Shown here: piece by piece, positions 15,630-22,234 of the stretch
Position numbering within the stretch: position 1 is the first letter of the stretch
Layout: every line of letters starts with the position of its first letter
Assembly (NCBI GenBank): GCA_035319325.1
Contig: DATHCX010000113.1
Span: 1 to 22,234 of the forward strand
Reading direction: 5' to 3'
From: Desulfomonilaceae bacterium
Lineage (GTDB): Bacteria > Desulfobacterota > Desulfomonilia > Desulfomonilales > Desulfomonilaceae
DNA: 22,234 nt
Position numbers and translations under genes: made by a program
The notes under the pieces: model-generated
Databases searched by the model: none
What the model was told of the DNA's origin: nothing
What the model saw: only the letters and a program-made list of their open reading frames with translations

Positions 15630-16571
15630 CTATCCATTCTCCTTTGCACGCGATCCGTTCAAAGGCAAATGAATGGTGAAGACAGTCCATTTGCCTGCTT
15701 CGCTATCAACGGAAATGTGCCCGCCGAGTCTCTCGATGATTCCCCGGCAGATGGCCAATCCCAGGCCGGTTCCTTTTCCCTGCGGTTTCGTGGAAAAAAA
15801 AGGGGTGAAGACACGTCCCAAATTCTCCCGGGCAATCCCGCATCCACTGTCTGCGACCGTTATTTCCACCCTGTTTTCCCTTGACCGTGTGGTCACGATT
15901 ATGCTGCCGTCCTGGTTCACTGCATGAATTGCATTTATGAGCAGATTGAGCACCACTTGCCTCAAGAGAGGCGGATCGCTGTAGACCATGGGCATATTGC
16001 TTTGCAGGTCTCTGGTTATCGCGATGTTCTTGGGGCCTGCCTGGCGCGCCACAAGATCCGCCATGCTCAGGACTATGTCATTGATATCCGCGTATTGGAT
16101 GACAGGCTCCATTTCGCGGGCGAGGCTGAGCAGCTTATGCACAATTTCCTTACATCGATCCACCTGAGACGAGATCTCCCGGATGGATTCGTCCAGGTCC
16201 GTTTTCTCTTTTAAGTGTTTGATTGATTCGCTTTTCAACAGATGCTGCATCCATTGCGTTTCCTGCGCGATGATTCCCAGAGGATTATTGATTTCATGCG
16301 CGATTCCGGCTGACAGCTCGTCGACCGATGACATTTCGCGAACCCGACAAAGCTGTTCGTCGAACACGTCCCGCCGGGCTTCGGCGAGCTCCGCTTTCCT
16401 GAAAAGGCGTCTTGTGTGCAGGAGCGACAGAGCGACAAGAATAAGCAAACCTGAGGCAAATACCCATGCGGGCGCCCAGCTCAGCGGAACCGTAATCAGG
16501 AGAATTATGACGCCCAGTACGTATGAGGGAAAATTGCTGGAGGAGACTTTCTTGAGCAGAGTGCTGGTCAT
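15630..16571 (-). CDS. Membrane-anchored sensor histidine kinase (two TM helices, no obvious periplasmic sensor domain; HisKA plus HATPase_c)
   Basis: H-box SAGIAHEINNPL. The catalytic-domain region contains LLRQVVLNLLINAIHA (N-box), DSGCGI (G1-like) and GTGLGLAI (G2). TM segments YVLGVIILLITVPLSWAPAWVFASGLLILVALSLL sit close together. Start placed at ATG 16571 (MTSTLLKK; GGTGGA 7 nt upstream). The track ORF extends to a GTG at 16670. Confidence 0.8.
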   Translation of the reverse strand: MTSTLLKKVSSSNFPSYVLGVIILLITVPLSWAPAWVFASGLLILVALSLLHTRRLFRKAELAEARRDVFDEQLCRVREMSSVDELSAGIAHEINNPLGIIAQETQWMQHLLKSESIKHLKEKTDLDESIREISSQVDRCKEIVHKLLSLAREMEPVIQYADINDIVLSMADLVARQAGPKNIAITRDLQSNMPMVYSDPPLLRQVVLNLLINAIHAVNQDGSIIVTTRSRENRVEITVADSGCGIARENLGRVFTPFFSTKPQGKGTGLGLAICRGIIERLGGHISVDSEAGKWTVFTIHLPLNGSRAKENG

Positions 16572-16730
16572 AAATCGTTCCACCGGAACATGCGATTTCT
16601 CACAGTAAGAGACCATGAATCGAAGCAGCTCGTGCTGTGCCGTCCATACATGCTGCTCCGAGCCGTGCACACCCGGATGAGAACAGCCTCACCACGGGAA
16701 CGGTGCACCATCCCATTCATCCCTGCGGTG

Positions 16731-17144
16731 TCAGCTCTTTGTTGCAGCGGATGAGCTGCTCCTCCCCTCCTCGATAAGCTTTCTCTCGTATGCCTGGTTC
16801 ATCTGTTTAAGCAGATCGTCAAGAGGGACAGGTTTCATGACGTAATTGTACGCACCCAATTGAAGCCCTTGTATCCCGGATTCCACGGATCCGTGGCCGG
16901 TCAGCATAATCACTTCGGTGAGGGGTTTCATTTTCTTTATTGCTCGAAGCGTTTCTATCCCGTCCATGCCCGGCATTCTCACGTCCAACACCACGACGTC
17001 GAAATCTCGGGTTTCCAGTTGCTCCAGAGCTCCTTTGCCGCTGTTCGCTCCTATTGCGTCCAGTCCACGATCTTTGAGACGCTTGACAATTGTCTCAACA
17101 AAGTCTTCTTCGTCGTCCACGATCAGCACGCTATATTTGTCCAT
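16731..17144 (-). CDS. Single-domain (CheY-like) response regulator receiver protein, paralog of 15199-15627
   Basis: Start at MDKYSVLIVDDEED with a strong SD (GAGGAGGTGAGGGA then ATG). VVVLDVRMPGMDG, IMLTGHG, YVMKP. About 137 aa with no output domain. Confidence 0.85.
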   Translation of the reverse strand: MDKYSVLIVDDEEDFVETIVKRLKDRGLDAIGANSGKGALEQLETRDFDVVVLDVRMPGMDGIETLRAIKKMKPLTEVIMLTGHGSVESGIQGLQLGAYNYVMKPVPLDDLLKQMNQAYERKLIEEGRSSSSAATKS

Positions 17145-17182
17145 TCCCTCACCTCCTCGATATAAACTGTCTCGGCTCACAC

Positions 17183-18862
17183 TTATCCGCGAATCTCGGG
17201 AATCCACTTCGCTGGAACGCTAATCTTGAATGAAGTGCCTTTACCCTCCGTACTATTCACCGCAATTTTTCCGCCAAGCTTCTCTATGATGCTGTAGCTT
17301 ATGGACAGCCCCAAACCGGTTCCGTCCTGAGCACTCTTGGTGGTAAAGAAAGGGTCGAAGATTCTCGGCAGTATTTCTCTTGGAATGCCCGGACCGTTAT
17401 CCGTGATGTCGATCATGATGTCGTCGTTGGTTACCTGATCATACACCGTCTTGACGTCAATGTATCCGTCCTTTCCCACAGCATCGATGCCGTTGTTGAT
17501 GATATTCAGGAAGACCTGTTGCAACTGAGCAGAATCAGTCGTGATTCTGGGGAGCTTGTCGGAATAGGACGTCCGGATCTCAATATTTCTGTGATGGGCT
17601 TCATTTTCCAAGAAGGTAATAGTTTCCGCAAGAATCTGATTAACGTCGACCATCTCTTGAGTGGGTTCCATTCTTCGTCCGAACCTGAGCAGGCGGTGAG
17701 TGATAGTTCTGGATCGTTCCACCTGGCGTTCTATCTTCTTGATGCAATCCTCGAATTCCTTGAAGTTCTCGCTCTTGCTGACATCTTCCTTGTCCAGCAG
17801 ATCTTTCATCCATCCTGCTTTTTCTCCTATGATGGCAAGGGGGTTGTTTATTTCGTGTGCGATGCCCGCGGCCATTTTTCCCAGGGCCGCCATTTTGCTC
17901 GATTGTACCACCAGCTCGTCACTCTTGCCTTTTTCCCGTTCAATCCTGATCAATTCATTCGTTATGGAACTTGAAGTGATAACCGTGCCCATGACAATGA
18001 GCAGGACTCCCCCCAACATAACGAGGATTCCTATGTACCCGGCTCTGAAAAGAGGAGACATCTCCTCTTCGGGGTCCTGGCTCACGACGAGTACCCACTT
18101 CGGGCTGCTGATGCCGCTTGTTGCGAACAACGTCTTTTCACCGTCCGTGGTCATCTCCCGGACCGCTGTACCCCGGGCAGATGAAAAATCGGGAGTTTTC
18201 GGTGTTCCCAGGAGCGTTCCGCTGAAGCGTGGAGGTGTTTGCAGGATGTTGCTGTTGTTAATGATGAATGCATCGCCCTTCTTGCCCACCTGTGCCTTGC
18301 GCACCATACTGTCGATGACGTCGGAATTAATTGTCGCACGGAGAATCCAGCTTTTGTTTCGGTCGATACGCCTCACTGCGATAATGAAATGCGGAATTTT
18401 TCTGAAACCGAGGAATACGTCGCTGATGTACACTCCTGTGGACATAACGGCATGAAACCAGTCTTCCTGGCTGTAATTGACCGCTTTCAGCTTTTCGTAG
18501 TGAGGTCCGACATAAGCCAGGTGATTCCCGTTCTGTTCTATGACTCCTATATCTATGTAAGATTTGAAGCGTGCCTGCATGCTGTCGAACACTTTTTGGA
18601 GGTATGCTTCGTCCTGAAGGCTTTCCTGAGATTGGGTGTTGGCAACGACGAGCAACTGGGCGACTCGTTCGTTGAGGAACATCTCTATCGAACTTCGTTC
18701 ATTTTCAGCGAGCGTTCTTACATCGTCTTTAATGCGATTACTGTACGCAGCGCTGAACTGGTAATATATAGTAAGCCCGAGGGCAAGAAGCGGGATCAGT
18801 GAAAAACAAAGCGTCACGAATACTATTTTTCGTTTCAGATTGCTATAATGCTGGGACGCCAT
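17183..18862 (-). CDS. Sensor histidine kinase with a large periplasmic Cache-like sensor domain (TM, about 250-aa extracytoplasmic domain, TM, HisKA, HATPase_c)
   Basis: 559 aa. TM1 IVFVTLCFSLIPLLALGLTIYY, TM2 YIGILVMLGGVLLIVMGTVI. H-box AAGIAHEINNPL is identical to that of the downstream kinase. The catalytic domain contains an N-box (LQQVFLNIINNGIDA) and G-boxes (DNGPGI, GTGLGLSI). Confidence 0.85.
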   Translation of the reverse strand: MASQHYSNLKRKIVFVTLCFSLIPLLALGLTIYYQFSAAYSNRIKDDVRTLAENERSSIEMFLNERVAQLLVVANTQSQESLQDEAYLQKVFDSMQARFKSYIDIGVIEQNGNHLAYVGPHYEKLKAVNYSQEDWFHAVMSTGVYISDVFLGFRKIPHFIIAVRRIDRNKSWILRATINSDVIDSMVRKAQVGKKGDAFIINNSNILQTPPRFSGTLLGTPKTPDFSSARGTAVREMTTDGEKTLFATSGISSPKWVLVVSQDPEEEMSPLFRAGYIGILVMLGGVLLIVMGTVITSSSITNELIRIEREKGKSDELVVQSSKMAALGKMAAGIAHEINNPLAIIGEKAGWMKDLLDKEDVSKSENFKEFEDCIKKIERQVERSRTITHRLLRFGRRMEPTQEMVDVNQILAETITFLENEAHHRNIEIRTSYSDKLPRITTDSAQLQQVFLNIINNGIDAVGKDGYIDVKTVYDQVTNDDIMIDITDNGPGIPREILPRIFDPFFTTKSAQDGTGLGLSISYSIIEKLGGKIAVNSTEGKGTSFKISVPAKWIPEIRG

Positions 18863-19024
18863 TCACATCCTCCTTATGGCCATTACCGTGCTAGTTCATG
18901 CGTCTTGAAACCCGCCGGGACTATTTCACGACGCAAGAAATCCTTGACGCGGCTATGTTTGTCCGCCATGGGTATCGCAAAAGGATTATTCATCATCACG
19001 CGTTGAACCACAATAGATAATAAT

Positions 19025-19042
19025 GAAGCAATCATCGTGCCA
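19025..19042 (-). promoter_or_regulatory. Sigma54 (RpoN) -24/-12 promoter, TGGCACG-N4-TTGCT, reading toward the kinase/regulator genes
   Basis: The minus strand reads 5'-TGGCACGATGATTGCTTC-3'. The GG and GC elements have the canonical spacing of the YTGGCACGrNNNTTGCW consensus. It lies about 165 bp upstream of the Cache-kinase ATG (18862) in a 544-bp divergent intergenic region. Confidence 0.45.
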
Positions 19043-19406
19043 CCGGCCGGAAGGGCCTTGCCACCAATAATTGGCTCAAAACACTCCGCATTTTGAGACC
19101 GGGGACTTTCAGCGGCTATTTTCTTACGGTGTTCCATGTCAGCATTTCTTACAGGCTGTCAACCTTCTCCGTCCGACGCCGAATTTTCGTTTTCTGTTGC
19201 CCGGTACGCGCGGGAAGTGTAAGATTTTTTGTGGGCTCCGCCATTTACTGAATTTGTGAAACGTGACAGCACGCGGAGGTCCATGCGACCGGAACCGAAT
19301 TCTTGCACGCGGCTTGCTCTTGCCGCTATTTTTGGAGCGACACCAATTGATCTGCCCATGACATGCTTCGGAAATACGCGAGAATATACATGAAGGAAAG
19401 CATTCC

Positions 19407-20759
19407 ATGCATATTGCACTTATAGCCGCGGATGTGTCGCGAGTAACCCGGGCAGACTGCGGCTCGCGATCGCAAATTGTGCCACTCCTGGAAAAAGGCC
19501 TCCGGAAAAAAGGGATTGACGTTGCACTCTTTGTCTCTGCACAGTCCTGTTTGCATCCTCGTGCGAACCTGCCCGGCGGTGCTTCCGCAGCCGAAATGAT
19601 TCCTCCCCCGGTCACGTTGAGTCAATCCATGAATCTGGCAGAGATTTTTAGTCGTGGCGACGAATTCGACGTTATTCACAACCATTCCGGTAGTCTTGCC
19701 GTGACCTATTCCGGACTTACGGGTACACCCACGTTGACAACCGTTCCGAATGTTACTCTTCCGGATGAATGGGAAATATTCAAAAAATACGACGGACGCA
19801 CCTTCTATGTTTCCGCTGGAGATTTTCAGCATTCGTCGGAGCTTCATTATCTGGGAACAGAGCCCCCTTGCATAGCCGTCGAAGATTTCGTCCTCGACAA
19901 ATCCGGAGGCGGATACCTTGTTTTCCTCGACCGCATACATCCGGACACCTGCGCAAAACGCGCCGTTGAAATAGCCGCGCTCAGCGGTTCCGACCTCGTG
20001 CTCGCGGGGCCGATTCAGGACGAACACTATTTTCAGGAGATATTCGGTCTTCTTTTGCCACGACAAAACGTCAGGTACGCCGGTGAAATAACTGCCGACC
20101 AGCGAAGCTTACTTCTTGGAGGGGCTCGAGGCCTTCTGCATCCTGTAGAATCCGAACAACACCCTGCGTGTGCCATTCTATGGGCTAATGCCTGCGGCAC
20201 GCCAGTCGTGGCTTTTGAGAGCGCTTCGACTCAGGATCTGGTGGAAAACGGAATGAACGGCTTCGTTGTGGCCAACACTGCTGAGGCGGTAGAGGCCGTT
20301 GGCAAATTGGACACTCTGTCGCGAAGTGCCTGCCGGGAATTCGTGGAACAGCAATTTTCGCCGGACAGGATGGTTGACGCCTACGTGAATTTCTACCGGC
20401 ACATTCTGAATTTGACCAAAAGGGAAGAACACCGTCCCTGGGGCTATTATGAGGTTCTCCTGGACAAGCCGAACCACAAGGTGAAGGAAATAGTGGTATT
20501 TCCCGGAAAGCGTTTGAGCCTGCAACGGCACAAATATCGTTACGAGCACTGGATGATCATCAGCGGTTCGGCAATGGTGACTCGGGACGAGAGTCAGATA
20601 CTTTTGGGCCCCGGCGAGTCCGTCAATATTCCCGCAGAAACGAAACACAGGGTTCTCAATCCCGGGGAAGAGAATCTCGTATTCATCGAGGTACAAACCG
20701 GCTCGTATTTTGGCGAGGACGATATCGAACGGTTTGAGGATGACTTCGGGCGAGCTTGA
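19407..20759 (+). CDS. Fusion protein: GT4-family (group-1) glycosyltransferase N-terminal part plus C-terminal cupin of the mannose-6-phosphate isomerase type II / ManC C-terminal type
   Basis: 450 aa. GT-B C-domain signature (...GEITADQRSLLLGGARGLLHPVESEQHPACAILWANACGTPVVAFESASTQDLVENGMNGFVV...). The last roughly 115 aa (WGYYEVL...KEIVVFPGKRLSLQRHKYRYEHWMIISGSAMVT...GESVNIPAETKHRVLNPGEENLVFIEVQTGSYFGEDDIERFEDDFG) match the PMI type II cupin with its His/Glu metal-site pattern. SD GAAGGAAAG lies upstream. Confidence 0.75.
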   Translation: MHIALIAADVSRVTRADCGSRSQIVPLLEKGLRKKGIDVALFVSAQSCLHPRANLPGGASAAEMIPPPVTLSQSMNLAEIFSRGDEFDVIHNHSGSLAVTYSGLTGTPTLTTVPNVTLPDEWEIFKKYDGRTFYVSAGDFQHSSELHYLGTEPPCIAVEDFVLDKSGGGYLVFLDRIHPDTCAKRAVEIAALSGSDLVLAGPIQDEHYFQEIFGLLLPRQNVRYAGEITADQRSLLLGGARGLLHPVESEQHPACAILWANACGTPVVAFESASTQDLVENGMNGFVVANTAEAVEAVGKLDTLSRSACREFVEQQFSPDRMVDAYVNFYRHILNLTKREEHRPWGYYEVLLDKPNHKVKEIVVFPGKRLSLQRHKYRYEHWMIISGSAMVTRDESQILLGPGESVNIPAETKHRVLNPGEENLVFIEVQTGSYFGEDDIERFEDDFGRA

Positions 20760-20923
20760 TCCCAGAGGCCTCCGCCACCGCTCGTCATCCGTATGCACAG
20801 GAAACAGCTTTCTTTCTCTCCCTCACATACCGTGGTCTTCGAAACCAGCCGTGCCACACACTTTTCTTTTTCCTCAAATGATATTATGCTGCTGGAGCCC
20901 CATTGTCCCGTGCAGGGCGGATA

Positions 20924-22234
20924 ATGCTGTATTCAGAATCGAAAGACATGACCAGCAAACAGGAATCGGCACGTGTGAAAAACAGGAGGCGGTCAGGGGG
21001 GCATGGCGATGAGGTGTCCGTTCCCCCCGACAAGGATGGTCCGATTGCACATCCGCAAGTCATGGACGAACAAGCTCCGAGTTTGATCTGGACTATGGAC
21101 TTGTACCTGAGGACCACCTACGTGAGCCCGTCGGTCAAGCACATTCTCGGATACGATGTTCAGGACGTCTTACACATCTCCGTTCAGGACTTCTTTTCAC
21201 CGGAATCGTTCAGAAACCTGGTCTCCATTCTGGCCGAGGAAATGGCCCTGGAACGAAGAGGGGTCCATGATCCGAACAGAAGCCGCAGATTGAAAATTCA
21301 GCCCGTGCGGAAGAACGGCAAACGATTGTCCATGGAAATGACCCTGACCTTCACGCGAAACAGGCAGGGCATGCCCAGGGACATACTTGCGTATATTCAG
21401 CCTGTTACGAGAAAGAAGCGGGACGGGCTTCGCGATGAGTTGCACCATAGAGTGGCACAACGGACGAACGAACTGCGCAAGACAAATGAACAGCTCAGCC
21501 AGGAAATCGCGGAAAGACGGGGGATTGAAGAGGCATTCAGAAGGAGCGAAAGACGGTATCGCCAGATCGTCGAAAACGCAAACGACATCATTTACGAGAC
21601 GGACGCGGACGGATATTTTACGCTCTTGAATCCCATCGCACTGCAGGTGACGGGGTTTGCCAAAGAGGAAATTCTCGGCCGGCACTACACGACCCTAGTC
21701 CCCGCTGATTACAGGCAACGAGTGGAATCCTTCTACGGTATGCAGTTCGTCACGAAAGTGTTGAACAATTATTTTGAATTGCCGATCCGAACCAAGAACG
21801 GTGCCCTGATATGGTTGGGCCAAAACGTGCATCTCCTGATGGAAGGAGACAAAATCTGCGGTTTTCAGTCCATAGCTCGGGACATTACCGAGCGGAAACT
21901 GGCGGAAGAAAAGCTCCGCGACAGTGAGAAACGATTCAGATTGCTTGCTGAGGCGTTGCCCATAGGTCTGGCCGTTATAAGCAAGAACGGAAGATTTCAC
22001 TATTTCAATCCGAAATTCACTGAGATATTCGGGTACACGCTCAACGATCTTCCGGACAAAAAAGCCTGGTTCCTGAAAGCTCACCCGGACAAGACCTATC
22101 GGAAATCCGTTCAGGCGGTTTGGAACAGAGAACTGTTCGCCAAAGGCGTGGATCGGGGGGAAATAGGGCCCCACGTTTTTACGGTGCAGTGTCAAGACAA
22201 GACCGAAAAAATTATACATTTCAGGGCCATGGTC
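20924..22234 (+). CDS. Multi-PAS-domain sensor signalling protein (5' partial; continues beyond the window)
   Basis: Not in the ORF track because it has no in-window stop. The frame opens after TGA 20879-20881 and stays open to 22234, 1311 nt with no stop codon. Candidate starts are ATG 20924 and ATG 20948. Translation shows at least three PAS-like modules joined by coiled-coil linkers (e.g. RRSERRYRQIVENANDIIYETDADGYFTLLNPIALQVTGFAKEEILGRHYTTLVP; IARDITERKLAEEKLRDSEKRFRLLAEALPIGLAVISKNGRFHYFNPKFTEIFGY). Confidence 0.7.
   Translation, partial: MLYSESKDMTSKQESARVKNRRRSGGHGDEVSVPPDKDGPIAHPQVMDEQAPSLIWTMDLYLRTTYVSPSVKHILGYDVQDVLHISVQDFFSPESFRNLVSILAEEMALERRGVHDPNRSRRLKIQPVRKNGKRLSMEMTLTFTRNRQGMPRDILAYIQPVTRKKRDGLRDELHHRVAQRTNELRKTNEQLSQEIAERRGIEEAFRRSERRYRQIVENANDIIYETDADGYFTLLNPIALQVTGFAKEEILGRHYTTLVPADYRQRVESFYGMQFVTKVLNNYFELPIRTKNGALIWLGQNVHLLMEGDKICGFQSIARDITERKLAEEKLRDSEKRFRLLAEALPIGLAVISKNGRFHYFNPKFTEIFGYTLNDLPDKKAWFLKAHPDKTYRKSVQAVWNRELFAKGVDRGEIGPHVFTVQCQDKTEKIIHFRAMV

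Noticed and set aside
18883-19137. 84-aa minus-strand ORF immediately upstream of the Cache kinase
   Set aside because: No recognisable domain or RBS, and its start would lie upstream of the predicted sigma54 promoter. Most likely a non-coding 5' leader region. It cannot be fully excluded as a small protein.

Overview
This GC-rich window is consistent with an anaerobic, deltaproteobacterium-like genome (sulfate-reducer or syntroph type). The call rests on c3-type cytochromes, an NrfD/CISM respiratory module and many signalling proteins; no database search was possible. I found no rRNA, tRNA, CRISPR array, transposase or integrase.

Gene content in order:
1. Four co-directional genes (+ strand): a membrane-anchored triheme cytochrome c, a four-cluster ferredoxin subunit, an NrfD/PsrC-type membrane subunit, and a Tat-signal molybdopterin-oxidoreductase catalytic subunit. 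Together they resemble a Psr/Phs/Qrc-like quinone-coupled complex.
2. A roughly 1.3 kb largely non-coding, repeat-rich island (4735-6056). It holds several copies of a 30-35 bp dispersed repeat arranged as inverted pairs, and a small secreted-protein gene behind a near-consensus sigma70 promoter.
3. A LarE-like PP-loop ATPase with a CxxC...C triad, followed by a MoaD/ThiS-like carrier ending in GG.
4. A convergent B12-binding radical-SAM protein with a long C-terminal extension.
5. A flotillin (SPFH) gene with its NfeD partner.
6. A 921-aa PEP-utilising-type dikinase-like protein that has an N-terminal extension and a non-canonical C-terminal domain.
7. Two tandem paralogous histidine kinase / single-domain response regulator pairs, preceded by a near-perfect sigma54 -24/-12 promoter.
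8. A GT4 glycosyltransferase fused to a mannose-6-phosphate-isomerase-type cupin domain.
9. A multi-PAS sensor protein that runs off the window end.

At least 11 copies of the repeat unit occur in the window, all intergenic. I consider most of the antisense ORFs in the track spurious.
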